Below, in pieces: positions 43,930-57,722 of a stretch of 64,000 nucleotides of DNA. Origin of the DNA: the human T2T-CHM13v2.0 reference genome, Homo sapiens; assembly GCF_009914755.1 (NCBI RefSeq), contig NC_060929.1; one strand, 5' to 3'. The position numbers and the translations under genes are program-made. How positions within the stretch are numbered: the stretch's first letter is position 1; every line of letters starts with the position of its first letter. Under the pieces are notes generated by a model. The model saw nothing but the letters and a program-made list of their open reading frames with translations. It ran no database searches and was not told the DNA's origin.

Positions 43930-44140
43930 TACAGATATGTTCTCTCTCTGAAACTAAATGTCTTAGTTTTATACACAAGCTTCACAACTTACCACCCATC
44001 AGATCCTCATTGATCAAATGGAGATTATAATGATAATGAGGCCATTTCAACAGCATCATGGTGATGATTTGATTAGTTAATTCATGACATGTTCTTAGAA
44101 CCACCTCTGACAAACACTATCCTTTCCACAGATGTTAGCT
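43930..44140 (+). mobile_element. MIR relic
   Basis: TCCTCATTGATCAAATGGAGATTATAAT...GTGATGATTTGATTAGTTAAT. Confidence 0.55.
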
Positions 44141-44406
44141 ACTAAAATTTGCATGATTTCAGCCACCAGTAAGATTTAATATTTTACCCTATATTCATTA
44201 ACTTACTGAATTTCTTCTCTTATGGATTAAATGTTCATGCTTGAAAATACAAGAAAAGATTTCATTTTGTTTCAGTATCAAATGCAGCACTGCATTCAAG
44301 AAAGCTTAAACACAGAAACATCCCGCCAGTGGGGCAGAGTACAGTCGATTTACACAAGCCAGAGTTATATGTTTCATTATGTATAGGATATCACTCTATA
44401 GTCTAA

Positions 44407-44687
<281 letters not shown>

Positions 44688-44859
44688 TGCTCAAACGGAT
44701 TTAATTTGCGTGGGGAAGAATAATGCTGGTTGCATTCAGCCGCAACAGAGCAGTTGATCAGGAACAGACCCTGTCTGAGAAGCGTGTCTCTGTTTGCACT
44801 AGTCGTCCTCGGAGGACACAATACCTTGGCTCAGATTCGCAGCTGCTTTGCTTTGTACC

Positions 44860-45560
44860 CTTCACTCACTCAGTAAATAGGTACTAGTGCCTCCCATTAG
44901 GGCCCTGGGTTGGACCCTGAGAAGACCACAGAGAAGGGTAGGCATCTCTCCAGGAGCTTTGATCCTGAACTTGACTTAAACACCAGAACAAATGGCTGTG
45001 AAAGGTGGCAAACAGCTCAATACAAATGAATGTCACAGTCTAGAGATGATGTAGCAGCAGAAAAAAGGAATTGCTAGAGATTGTAGGGGACAAAGTAAAG
45101 ATGAAATAAGACTTCTTACAGAAAGCGACTCTGGTGAGACTAAGCTACCAGAGAACCTGTTTGGGCTGAGAGAAAACCATCAGCCTAGAAAAGAGGGCAT
45201 GGCCAAAAGTTTAGGTATGCACAGGGGCGTTCATTCTTCTGGAAAACAATGTGGCCAGAGGGGACAGTAGAAGCCAGGAAACAATAAGAAAAAAATATTG
45301 AAAGAATTGTAGTCTGAATGTAGAAGCTCTAGAATACTGACTGAGTTTACACTTTGCTCTGGGTATAATAGGGGCCTTTGAAAGCTTTGTAAAAGGAAGT
45401 GTACATCATAAGCAGGGTATTTTAGGGGATAAATCTTCCTGCAGTAAGAAGAATGAATTGGAAGGGGAAAAGACAGAAAGTAAGGCACTCTGTGGGAAAA
45501 TAATTTCAACTGCGCAAGCATGAAGCGATGTGGATCCAGGCCGGAGACAGGCAAGAAGAC
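44860..45560 (-). mobile_element. L2 fragment
   Basis: TTCACTCACTCAGTAAATA start; GAGTTTACACTTTGCTCTGGGTATAATAGGGG. Confidence 0.55.
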
Positions 45561-46761
45561 TGGAAGTCAGATTGTTCTATTTATTTTCCGGAGAAAAAGA
45601 AAGCACACCTATGCTAGAAAAATAGCTTCGGCAAATGCCCCATATAATAAATTGTCCTTCACTTACTCCACCCATGTGTTTTTGCTTTAACTAACCATGA
45701 ATAGCTGCTTCAGCACCAGCCTGTTTATCATCCTCCCACGTCCAGCCTAGCAGGACTGAACTGAAAGGATCTCAGAGTAGTGGACTCGCTGGACTGCAAG
45801 ATGCTACTCCTGTTAATCTTCCATTACTCTTTGATGTTACGTCTGTCCCTCAGATATCACGGGCAAAGCATGCCAAGATATTACAGTTGACACCTGGGGT
45901 AAGCCAGTCTTTTATCCCCTATTATAGCTGTATAGCTCTTAAACATAGTGTGTCATTGAATACCATGCTCTACTATTTAGCCTTACTAAAGACCTGTGAG
46001 GTTATAAAATCTTTATTACAAATTTCTTATTCATAAGTTTATAATTTAACAGTATGCTATTGAGGCATACATGAACTGAGTGGGTCAACTACCACACTGT
46101 GGACATGTTCTAGAATGTTACTGTGCTTTTGGTTCTTCCCAGAGGGCTGCTGTCTCCCCAGATCCTGGAAGCAGAATCCCTGTAGAGCACATAACACCCC
46201 CAAATTTAACCCAGCCATGGCTGTCATTTGGCTGGCCAGCAACCCATGAGATAATTTCTTCTAAAATTTGGCTTTCAATTTCTGGTCCAGCATATAAGGA
46301 GCTTGGAAGTCACCACTCCACCTTAACAACAAGTCAAAAGCTAAACAAATGGAAACATCAAAAATTCTTCTTAGATCCATCATAGAGGTGAGGTCACAGG
46401 GCAAACTTCTGCCCCACAAACTGGAGAGACAGGCAGATACTAAAAATCACAACTTACTGGAGCAGAAATCCATGAGCAGAAGCCTCTTTGGAAAGTCACG
46501 CTGGGGTAGGAAAATCTGAACCGTAATTGACAGTTGCTATAAACTCAGCGTGGACAGGTCTGAAAGTTAAAAACTACAGATCAATACAGTGATCAGTCCC
46601 CACCTCCCCATACCCCTCACCACCTTTGAAAATTTTAATCTCATGGAGCTTAACCAGGTTCTCACGGTGGCTATCGGAGAAAAAATCACTCGTGTCTTCA
46701 GCAGGTAGAAGGGAAAAGTAACCATTTTGAAATATATCAGATAATTCTTTTTTAAAAAAAA

Positions 46762-47135
46762 ATGTGTGAGTATGTAGTAAGTGTATATATTTCTGGTGTA
46801 CATGAGATGTTTTGATACAGGCATGCAATGTGAAATAAGCACATCATGAATAATGGGTCATCCGTCCCCTCAAGCATTTATCCTTTGAGTTACAAACAAT
46901 CCAAGTACACTCAGGTTATTTTAAAATGTACAGTTGAGTTACTATTGACTATAGCCACCTTGTTCTGCTATCAAACAGTAGGTATTATTCATCCATTTTT
47001 TTGTACACATTAACCATCCCCACCTCTATAAGTAAGTGAAAAAACCTACAAGTAAGTGAGAACATGTGATGTTTGTCTTTCTGTGCCTAGCTTATTTCAT
47101 TTAACATAATAATCTCCAGTTTCATCCATGTTGTC
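46762..47135 (-). mobile_element. L1MA2/3-like 3' end nested in L1MD
   Basis: GTACATGAGATGTTTTGATACAGGCATGCAATG...CCCCTCAAGCATTTATCCTTTG. Confidence 0.9.
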
Positions 47136-47139
47136 CTTT

Positions 47140-48132
47140 ATTTTTTCCAATAGGTTTTTGGGGAACAGGTGGTGCTTGGTTACATGGATAAGTTTTCCGT
47201 GGTGATTTCTGAGATTCTGGTGCAGCCATCACCTAAGCAGTGTACACTGTACCCAATGTGTAGTCTTTTATCCCAACCCTCACCCACCCTTTCCCCCAAG
47301 TCCCCAAAGTCCATTGTATCATTTTTATACCTTTGTGTTCTCATAGCTTAGCTCCTACTGATGAGTGAGAACAGATGATGTTTGGTTTTCCATTTCCGAG
47401 TTACTTCACTTAGAATACTGGTCTAGCCACCCAACAGACCTACCAGGCTCTGGGCTGGTACTGGAGAATGTCTGCAAGGAGTCCTGTGATGTGATCCATC
47501 TTCAGGTCTCTCAGCTGTGGATACCAGCACCTGCTCTGGTGGAGGGGAGTTAAGTGGACTCTGCAAGGGTCATTGGTTATATTTTTGTTAAGTGTGCTGG
47601 TTTTGTGTTGTTTGGCCTCCAGCCAGACTCTCCTTGGGTGAGGCTTGCTGCAGCTGCCATGACAGATGGGAGTATGGTTCCTAGGCCAACAGAGTTGTGT
47701 TCCCAAGGGGATTATGGCTGCCTCTGTTGTGTCACACAAGTTGCCAGGGAAGTGGAGGAAAGCCAGGAACCACAGGCCTCACTCAGTTCCTGTGCAGCCC
47801 AGAGCCAGAGAGACCAGTCTCACTCTCACCATGCTCCACAAACAGCACTGAGTTTACTTCCAGGCAGCAAGTGAGCAGGCCTGAGAACCTGCCCCAGGCT
47901 ACAAGCCTCCCAGCTGATAAAGCAAGCAGACTCACAGTTCCTCAGCTGTCCCACAGAACCTGCAATGGCAATCCACCTCCTTCAAAGGGTCTGTGGATTC
48001 TTTTGGCTTTTCTGGTACATTCTTGCAGTAGTTCCTGGAGCAAAAGTTCATTATGTGGGTCTCCACATCCTGCTCTGTCCATCTGAGTGGTAACTGCAAG
48101 TTAGTCCTGCCTCCTAGCCACCACTTTCCCCC
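47140..48132 (-). mobile_element. L1PB with 5'UTR fused directly to 3' end
   Basis: L1PB 3' end (GGTTTTTGGGGAACAGGTGG) at 47140-47424 joined to L1PB 5'UTR ending CTGCAAGTTAGTCCTGCCTCCTA. Confidence 0.85.
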
Positions 48133-51100
48133 AGAAAATATCCCTGTTGCTCTTTTTAACAAGCTCTGACTGCAAGATAAAGTATTTTACCAAAGCCTGA
48201 TCTTCTGGGGATGTATCAGAGCCTAATTGACCTGATGGAAGGAAAATACCCCCAATCAAGCTAGCTCTAGCCTTACATATAGGAGAAAGGACACCCAAAT
48301 CCAGCCCCCGACATCCATCCTGTCTCATCTAAGGCTTGAGACCTACCCATAGGACTATGAAACACTGTCCTACATCTTACCACCCACCACACACTAAAGG
48401 CCTATTTACAAGACTTCCTTTTGCCCAGTACATCACATCCACATTTCACCAAACATGACAAGGCACACTAAACGGCAAAAAATACAGTCTGAAGAGACAG
48501 AGTAAGCATTGAAAACAGACCCAGATATGGCAGGGATGTTGAAACTATTAGACCATGAATTTAAAAAGACTATAATTAACATGCTTAAAGCCCTAATAGC
48601 AAAAGTAGATAGCATGTAAGAACAGATAAATAATGTAAGCAGATATCTAGAAATTCCAAGAAAGAATAAAAAAGAACACTAGAGAACAAAAACACTGTAA
48701 CAGAAAGGAAAAATGCCTTTGATGGCTCATTAGTAGACCGAATACAGCTGAGGAGAAAAATCACTGAGCTTGACTACATTAAAACAGAAACTTCAAAAAC
48801 TGAAAAGCAAAGAGAAAAAAGACAGCAAAAGAAACAGAACATAATATCCAAGAACTGTGGAACAACTATGAAAGGTGTACATGTAATGGTAATAACAAAA
48901 GGAGAAGAAATAGAGAACACAAAAGAAAAAAGTATTTGAAACAATAATGGCTTAGAATTTCCCCCAAATTAATGTTAGACATCAAACCACAAATCTTGTA
49001 AGCTCAGGGAACACCAGACAGGAAAAATACCAAAAAATTCCTGCACCTAAGCATGTCATATGTAAATGGCAGAAAATCAAGACACAGAAATATCTTGAAA
49101 GAAGCCAGAGGTGCAGGAAAAACCTTATGTATAGAGAAGCAAATATGAAAAGTTACATCCAATTTCTCTTCAGAAGCCATATAGGTAAGAAAAGGGTAAA
49201 ATGAAATATTTAACATGTTGGGAGAAAAAGAAATGAACCTAGAACTTTGTACTCTGCGAAATTATTCTTCAAAAAATGAAAGAGAAATCAACACTTTCTC
49301 AGACAAACAAACATTGAGGGAATTTGCTACCAGTAGACATGCCTCAAAAGAAATGTTAAAAGTTCTTCAGAGAGAAAAAACTAAAGATATGTCAGAAACT
49401 TTCATCTACATTAAGAAAGGAAGAGTATTAAAAAAGAAATAAAATAAAAGCATGTGAAATGTATTCAGGAGCTTATAGAATTTACTGAACCTGGTCAGTT
49501 TTCCACAGGATGAGCAGTGAATTGTACTGCATCTTAACAGTATGTATTAGGATTCTTGCAGTGGCATGCAGGAAGATATATTTTACCAGATATTATTCTT
49601 CCAAGATACTGAGCCCCAGGGGGGAGGAAACTTGTGGAAGCTGGCCAAACAGATTAAGAGAAAAAAACTGCTGTAGTCTCCATATCATGAGGAATTGCTG
49701 TAGCCTGCTACATGGTAGTCCTATGATCCTAAATTGGCCCAGATTCTTGTCTAGATTCAGGCGTTAGGTCAAGAGCTCTCCAAAGTGCTGCACTTACTGT
49801 TCCACCCTCTGCTGAAAGACCAGGAATATAGCACAGGTTGACAGCCAAAACAGGGATTTAAAGAATGTGAGAAGGCCTGGAAGAAACTAATGAAGAACAA
49901 TGGGGAGGAGTTGGAGTTCCAAGGTACCAAACCACAGATTTATCCCCCAGACAGGAGAGACTTGTGGACCCCATCTTGGCTGTTTCTTCTTTCTTCGTTT
50001 TGTATTTCAGAAATGTATCCTTTAGTTTTGATGATTTGGTTCAGACTGAGATTGCAATGTGATTTCTGTTCTCCAACATAATTCTGTTTCTTTATCTCAG
50101 TTGGAGAATCAAATAGCATATTAATATGATACATTACACTAGATTTCACCTAGAGTGGGTAATAAAATCTATTTTCCAACCTTTTCAGTCTGAGCTCAAA
50201 TAAAGTTAATCTAATTTAATATGTCATCAATAAAAGTTGGTCTATGGGCCAACAGTTATTTAGGGAAGGGGGATGGGGAGAAGTTTGAAGGATAATTTAG
50301 AGGTTGGTTTGATTTAAGACAAGTTCAAGTTTAGCAATGCAATTTTGCTGCATTTACTATACATCTCTATGATGAATGCAAGGCAGAAAAACCAACCTTT
50401 ACAATTTCTATCTATAATTAATGAGTGGCTTCTAGCAGGGTTGGGGTGAGGAGGGAAGAATTGTGATTATAGGAGACCAGCTCAATTGAGTGATGTCAAA
50501 TCTTCTAGAGGCCAATGTAAACCACTCAGCATTCCCACTTGTATATTCTGGGGTTTTGCATTTTTTTTAACTCATGATAGAATGAAACCTGATTAGAAAG
50601 GAGGCAAAGAGACTAATGATAAGATGATGGTTTAAATTATTGAAGCCAATTAATTACACACAATAAGTGCCACTAATAGTGGTAGTGTGGGATTGCTAAG
50701 AAAGTGTTTACGGGATTGGGAGGGAGACTCAGCCCTAACATCTCCTTCTCTGTCTCTCCAGAGCAGGATCTCTCCCAGAGGTCTCTGCTCACAGACAAAC
50801 TCCACCCCAGTGGGGCAGTCATAGTAAGAAATTCCAAGTATAGGAGCTTTAGTCCTACTAAAGTATTCAGAATTCCATCCTGCTTCCCACTAGGTGAAGC
50901 CTAAGCACTGAAGGCTGACTCTCAGCCCTCTTCTCTCCTTCCTTGCTGCTTCCTGGAGAGTGGCCTCCAGGAGAATGGACAGGGATTTGCAATCCCATCC
51001 AGGGTGGGAAGCAGGAAGTGAGAAGCGGTAGTAACCATACTGCATGTCTCCCATTCCTACAACACCTCCCTTCCTGAATCCAGCTCAGCTAGCTGGAGAT

Positions 51101-51423
51101 CATACTTAGTCTCCTGGCAAAGTGAGCCTGCTTCTATACCCCATCCTCTGACAGGGGCATTGTTTGGAATGGGCAGACTGCCTGGAACTGCAACCCTACC
51201 GGACTTGGAGCATCACCTACTTTGCTAATTGCCCTACACTGCCTGTGAGAATGAACACCGTTTCTCCATTGACCCACATCCTAGGGCAAAGGTATGTCTT
51301 CCCCATTCCTGATCTTTCCCTCAAGTGGACATCACACAATCTGCTTGACCCAGTATTCTAATAAAAGAATCTAAACAAAACACAGTTATTTTGTTAGGGA
51401 TATACTGTTTTCAACACCTTGGT

Positions 51424-51585
51424 CAGTGGTTGTCAACCCTGATTATATGCACCTAAAAATTTAAAAAGAAAAAAAAAGCCAACATCAGGCCCTGTCTCAT
51501 GGGAATTATGAACTAAGTAGTCTGGGTGGAGCCAATGCGTTGGCATTTTTGCTCTGAAGTGCAGCCAGGGGTAAGAACAAGTGAG
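51424..51585. mobile_element. MER5-like fragment
   Basis: CAGTGGTTGTCAACCCTG start; GTGCAGCCAGGGGTAAGAAC end. Confidence 0.65.
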
Positions 51586-52556
51586 TTAACTAGTTAGACT
51601 CCAAACCCTCTGATCCCCACATAGCTCCCATGTTGGGAGGGCCACCTTCCATGCCCCTTCAGTCTGTGCCTGCTGGGTCTCTTGCTTCTAAATGATGAGT
51701 TTATGTGCCAATGGTGCATGCACCTGCTCCCCAAAGTGAGGCAATGTGATTGTGGGAAGGACAAAACACAAGGAATGAAGAAATGACAATGCTCCCTATT
51801 GAAATACCTGATGAGACTACTGAAGCAATCAGAATGAGCAATTTGAACACTTCAGGTCTTGCCTTGTGCCAGAAAAACTGCAGTAGAAAATTCATAGAGC
51901 TTGAAAGAGGTCTCGTGAGGTCTTTTTGTTCGTGGCCATTTTGCACAGATGAAGAGGAACCTAACTTTGCCAACTTCCAAAGGAAGACTCCAGAAGAAAT
52001 TTCATCTAGTGACTCCGGAGTGTAGCTCTGATGCTACCTAGAAAATCTTCTACTGAAGTCCCTCTGCAGAGGCTGCTGTGCTAGTTTCCTGGGGGGCAAG
52101 AAAGAGAGGAGCTCCAAAGCCCAATCACTTCATAGTAAATGACAGCATACTTTTAGTCAGAAGAAATCACATTTTGCTTCCATTTCTTTATATTAATAAA
52201 ATATTGCCATGTTAAAAAAAACTTCATCCCGCTACAATGAAGCTTTTCAAGATTTTTTTCTTAGAAAATGGCATAAGCCAATATAATACCTTATAGGTAA
52301 CACCTGGAAACAATTGAAAAAGCAAAGAAATGATAGTTGAACACAAAAATTCCAGACCCCTAATGTATTGATCCCCTATTTTCCACTAGCGACATTCATT
52401 TCACCAAGATTTGCCACAGGATGAGAGAAGAAAATGACAAAGACACAGGAAACGTACCATCAATAACCAATATGCTGTGTATTTTCTGAGAGTCAGTCAT
52501 GTAACTATCTAATGACCAACAAATTGTGCACCAGTTTCTTGTTCAAACAGTGTAAA

Positions 52557-52610
52557 TATGTGTGTATATACATATATATGTGTGTGTGTGTATATATATA
52601 TATATGCATA
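52557..52610. repeat. (TG)n/(TA)n microsatellite
   Basis: Directly visible. Confidence 0.9.
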
Positions 52611-52679
52611 CTATGGTGGAAATAAAAGTCATAAATCTTTAAAAATGAATCTATTCTTGCTCAAAATTTAAAAAAAAAG

Positions 52680-52845
52680 AAAATTCCCGTGTTGGTTTTC
52701 TGGTTTTGATATTACATGGGAGTCATATGGAACGTTACCATAATACGAAATTGAGTGAAGGCTACACCAGGTCTCCCTGTACATTTTTTTTTTGGCAACT
52801 TCCTGTGGGTTTCTAATTATTCCAAAATAAAAAAAGTTTAAAAGA
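52680..52845 (+). mobile_element. L1ME/MC 3' end
   Basis: TTTCTGGTTTTGATATT...GCAACTTCCTGTGGGTTTCTAATTATTCCAAAATAAAAAAGTT. Confidence 0.75.
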
Positions 52846-52935
52846 CAAAATGTAAGAAAAGAAACTCTACCCATAAAAGAAATAAAGTGGGGCCTTAGAA
52901 GGAAAGAAGACTATGCAAGAACTGTACAGACCATC

Positions 52936-53208
52936 AGTAGTAATAATAGAAATAGTAGTTGCAATTGTAGCAGCATCAGTAGCAACAGTAGCAGGAGTAG
53001 TAGTAACAGACAGTAGTAGTAGCAATAGTAGCAGTAGTAGTGGGCAGTAATAGCAGTAGTAGTAACAATAGCGGTAGTAATAGCAGCAGTAGTAACAGTA
53101 GCAATAGTACTAGTTATAGCAGTAGCATAACAGTAGCGGTAGTAGTAATAATAGCAGTACTGTAACAGTAGCAGTGGTGGTACTAATGGACAGTAGCAGT
53201 AGTTGATA
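52936..53208. repeat. Degenerate (AGT/AGC/AAT)n trinucleotide repeat
   Basis: ~270 bp of period-3 TAG/CAG/TAA units. Confidence 0.9.
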
Positions 53209-54566
53209 GAAAATATTTATATTCTCAAGCCACTGGGGCAGAGTGAAGAAGGAGCTATGCTACGTTGGAAGGGAAATGAATATCTTACTTAAATTTAAAT
53301 CTATGTAGGATTTATCTCTCATTATATTTACTAAAAGGAAGCAAGAAGCTTTCCAAAATAATTCAGTCCTAAGCTATACATTTCTTACCTACTTTCCCTA
53401 GCACGCAATCTTCGATTTGACAGCATGTGAAAATCTCAAAGCATGTGAAACCGTACATTATTCATTAAATCTATAGAATATGTTTGTTATCAGATATGGG
53501 ATTTACTTAATTTACAAATGAGTTCCACTACCTGGTATTAACTGCCCCACACTATATTAGGCATGTGAGATCTTCTATTCAGAAAGCTCTAGCCTCTCTG
53601 GGCCTTAGCTTTCTCCTTACAGGCCGGCTTGAGAATAACTACTCTAGCAGACTATACCCAAACACAATTTAAATTTGCTTCCTTTTGAAGCATCTCCCAC
53701 CATCAGTCACACAGAGAGAGGCAATGGAGCTGGAAATGGAAGCACCCCCAAGGTTCTGGAGATGCTTAGAACACAAAGTACCTGCCACATGTGCCGGATG
53801 CTGCTCTAGACATGAAGGGCTCAGCGAAGGGCTCAGCAAAGGGCACAATAGCCACTGTCTTTCTGTCCTCAAGAAGGAAAATCAGCACTGAACAAGACGA
53901 TCTCAGGTAGGGTTCAAAACTACAGAGAAAATAAACAAGGAACGTGATAGAGAATGGTGGCTTGCAGAGGCCCTGGGTCAGAGATCTCTCTGCAAGAAAA
54001 CATTTGAGCAGAGACCCAAGAAACCACCAGGAGCAAGCCACAGGGAAGAATTTCCCAGAACAGGGACATCAAAGGCCCTGACGTGAAAATCAGTCTGAGC
54101 TTTGTGATAAACAGAAGTAGGAAGGACTAGAGTAGACAGAGGCAGAGAGGAAGGGAGGGGCCAGGTCATCAAGTCTCTGTGATGGGTCAGACATGGGGGT
54201 GTAAGGAGGAGGCTTCAGTGAGAAAAGTTTCCAGATTTCTGTTTTGAGGCACTAGCTGGAAGAGATACCACTTACTGGGCTTGAAGAAGAGAAGCCTAGG
54301 TCCAGTTTAGAACATGTCAAGTATGGAATGCTGCTAAGACACCCTTCCTGCCCCGGATCTCTGGCCTGTGGGCCAGGATAACCCAGAGTCCCCCTTGCAG
54401 GGATCCCCCACTGCAGCCACTCCCCTCTAGAGCCTGGGAAGCTGATGTGGATGCCTAAGGTCTCAGGACCCACGAACCCCTCATCAGCCTCTGCCTTGCC
54501 CTTGTCCCCTGAGCCTGGGCGAACCACTAATCCCCATATGTGAGTCTCCTGTTCCTCTGTGGTGTC

Positions 54567-55030
54567 TATATCAATTCCTATGGCTTCTGCCACAAACTGC
54601 CACAAACATAGTGGCTTAAACCAACACAAATCTGTTATAATTCTGGAGATCAGAAATCCCAAATGCACCACCCTGAGCTAAGATCCAGTGTTCCTTCTGG
54701 AGACTCTGGAGGGAATCGGTTCCTTGCCTTTTCCAGCTTCTAGAGGCTGCCCACGTTCTTTGGGCCATGGCCCCTTGCTCCATCTTCAAAGCCCAGTCAC
54801 ACCCCTCCAACCTCTGCTTCTTTCATCCTATTTCCTCTGACTCTCTTCCTCCCTCATGTAAGAATGCCTGTGATTACCATGTTCCCACGCTGATAATCCA
54901 GGGTCATCTCCCCATCCAGATTGTCAATCCCATCTGCAAAGTCCCTTTTTCCCACATAGGGCAACATATCCATAGATTCGAAAGACTAAGACATGGGCAT
55001 CTTTGAAGGGGCTATTATTCTGTCAATGAT
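54567..55030 (-). mobile_element. MLT1C/D solo LTR
   Basis: CCACAAACATAGTGGCTTAAACCAACAC...CCTTGCCTTTTCCAGCTTCTAGAGGCTGCCCAC...CATCTTCAAAGCC. Confidence 0.9.
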
Positions 55031-55261
55031 AATACCCTAAATCCTCTTCCTCACACTGCAGGTTATTTCTCATTCTCTATCCTGCCACAGGGTTTTTACT
55101 GGGAAAAAATCAGACAGAACCAGTTCTGGCAGGAATGGAAGGTACGAAAAGAAGAAATACAGAAAGAAATCACACACTGAAATTAACAACCGAAAATACT
55201 ACACAACCACAAAATTGTAAAAAAATGTATATTTACAATCCAATCCAAAGTTTTACAAACG

Positions 55262-55646
55262 TGTTAAAAACTTTAGACCAGTTAAATTCAATTGAGTTTA
55301 ATTGAGTAAAGAACAATTCATGAATCAGTCAGCTCTGGAACCAGAATATGTTCAGAGAGGCTGCAGTGTGGCTGCATGGTCAAAGACTGATGGACAGAAA
55401 ACAGAAGTGGGTACACAAACTGCCAACTGTTTACAGCTTGGTGTTTGCCTTATTTGAACATGGTTTCAATAGTTGGCTGCCTTTTGCCAAAACTTGGTGA
55501 CTGGCCAGAACTAAATGATTGGCACAAGAGTAGGTTATGGTCTGTTTCCACATCCAGTTAGGTTACAGTCTACTATGTACAGAGAGACCTTTAGGCTGAA
55601 CCTAAAATACGTAAGGAACCAGCTTTAGACTAGACTTAATTTAACA
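55262..55646 (-). mobile_element. MER57-family ERV1 solo LTR
   Basis: TGTTAAA...TTTAACA termini; ACCTTTAGGCTGAACCTAAAATACGTAAGGA..CAGCTTTAG. Confidence 0.8.
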
Positions 55647-56888
55647 CATGTATTAGGGTATAGGACCAGTGTACACAATTCAAGATTAAGACATACATAA
55701 GATTGCTGATGTCAAGTTCATAATCAATTTATGCACAGTTAAATAGATTCAGTGCCTTTTGGGATTGAAGAGGGAAGAGAGACACACACTGGGTGTTGGC
55801 TTCCATTCAATGAAACACCAGAAGCTGGGTACCAAAGCAGCACCACTGTATACTGTGCCTCCCTGGGATCTGGGCAGGGTCCCTGCACAGAAAGCACATC
55901 TCTGTGGCAGGGATGGAAGTCATTACTTAGGAATAAAAGTAGCCCAAGGACCTGCCTGGCCTCCCCCGGCCCAGCAGAACTGAGATGTGGTAGCAGGCAC
56001 ACTCTCCTGGGAACTCTCAGATAGGTCATGACTGTTGTCCCCCACCTGGGAGAGCCATGGGTCTCTCCTCCTCCACCTTGTGAGCTCTTGGACCCCATGG
56101 GTAGGAAGCAGCTCCTCTGGGAAAATGGTAGATGGATATTGCATCAAATACACGGCCAGCAGCCAATGCCATGTGGCATGCCGCCCACCTCGGCTCCAAC
56201 CCTCTCTCCCCAACCACCACTTCTGCTCTTCCATATTCTTCCCAACCCTCCTGCTCATAGCACCCTCACTTTTCACCTCCCTCCAGCACAAAAGATTTTG
56301 AAATGGGAACTTGCCTTCTGCTAGGGTTATGATGAATAACATTTTCAATCACAACACATTTCAATCATAAGGAAAATAGCTTTAGAGGATCCCCAGGGAG
56401 TAGGAGTAGGTGAAGAAAAAGCATATTCATACAAGTTAGATTACCTATTTTTTTTAAAACAGAAAGTTGCCAATGAGAAAATGGGACTCCTTTTGAGCCA
56501 CTAAAATGTTAATGTCTGCGCATACCTAAAGAGCTATGGATTCCTAATCTTTCTTCCTCAAAACAGTAACATGCTTTGGGGTTTAGAGAGCAGATTCTAA
56601 GTCTGAAGCCCACACCCATGGGGACAGCACCACAGCTTAACCCTAAGTGGTCCTATTGGCAGAAACTAAATTGGAAGATTCTGGATGTCTGCAGCCTAGT
56701 AGGATGGCAGGGTTCAGTCACTGGAAAACCGTCACATATGTGTCTTTGAGCCTTCCCCACAAGGTGTGCAGAACTCTTCTAGAAGGACATAGAGCTGAGG
56801 TTTTATCAGGCTCAAGGTTATCTTGCCTGCTTTCTGTAGATAGCAAATTTTGTTCAAGACTTGCTTTCACTACAGACTAGTAGCAAGG

Positions 56889-57331
56889 TGTATTAGTCAG
56901 GGTTCTCTAGAGGAACAGAATAGGAGATAGAGAGAAAGAGAGAGAGAGAGAGAGAAGTTTATTAAGTAATATTAACTCACACCATCACAAGGTCCCACAA
57001 TAGGCCATCTACAAGCTGAGGAGCAAGGAAGCCACTCCAGGTCCCAAGGCTGAAGAACCTGGAGTCCTATGTTGGAGGGCAGGAAGCATCCAGCACAGGA
57101 CGAAGATGTAGGCTGGGAGGCTAAGCCAGTCTAAGCTTTTCACGTTTTTCTGCCTGCTTTATATTCACTGGCAGTTAATTGATGCCCACCCAGATTCAGG
57201 GTGGGTCTGCCTTCCCCAGCCCACTGACTCAAATGTTAATCTCCTTTGGCAACACCCTCACAGGCACACCCAGAATCAAAACTTGGCATCCTTCAATCCA
57301 ATCAAGTTGACGCTCAGTATTAATCATCACA
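56889..57331 (-). mobile_element. MLT2A (HERV-L) solo LTR
   Basis: TGTATTAGTCAGGGTTCTCTAGAGG...CAGTATTAATCATCACA; perfect 5-bp TSD CAAGG; internal (GA)n. Confidence 0.95.
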
Positions 57332-57722
57332 CAAGGTTTGAGGGCATAACTAACCATCAACCACCTCTTACTGTTGACCAGACAATTACCAAGCAAGGAA
57401 CACATCAGAGCTGGGTATCGGGCACCAAGTTCAGGGCAGTCCTCAGTGGTGATATTTAGTGAGTGTCTACTGTGTGCCAGGCCAGGGGTTACTGAAATGG
57501 ATGACAGGACTGTCTTTCTCTTTCAAGGGGCTCCCTCTCCTGTAGCTCAGTGGTTATGTGGCCTTGCCAGGCTGACCAGAACAAACACCAATGCTACCAT
57601 TTCCTAGAAAGCCAGTGTGAGCACTGTCTGGACAGCACACACTATTGAAGGCCCAGGTGAGGGCCCAAAGAAGGCATTGCCCACAGGTGGTGCCCAGACA
57701 GACAATCCCTGATCTCCTGGCC

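Larger units (their letters stand above)
46275..49450 (+). mobile_element. L1MD-like 5'UTR+ORF1 (pieces ~46275-46760 and 48150-49450)
   Basis: TAAGGAGCTTGGAAGTCACCACTCC 5' end; ORF1p C-terminal remnant EINTFSDKQTLREFATSRHASKEMLK. Confidence 0.85.

Noticed and set aside
51750-52025. 91-aa ORF with protein-like composition
   Set aside because: Non-ATG start, no recognisable homology, overlaps a MIR-like motif, no poly-A or TSD of a retrocopy
55739-56348. Cluster of overlapping ORFs on both strands
   Set aside because: Locally higher GC lowers stop frequency; no recognisable domain or consistent exon signals
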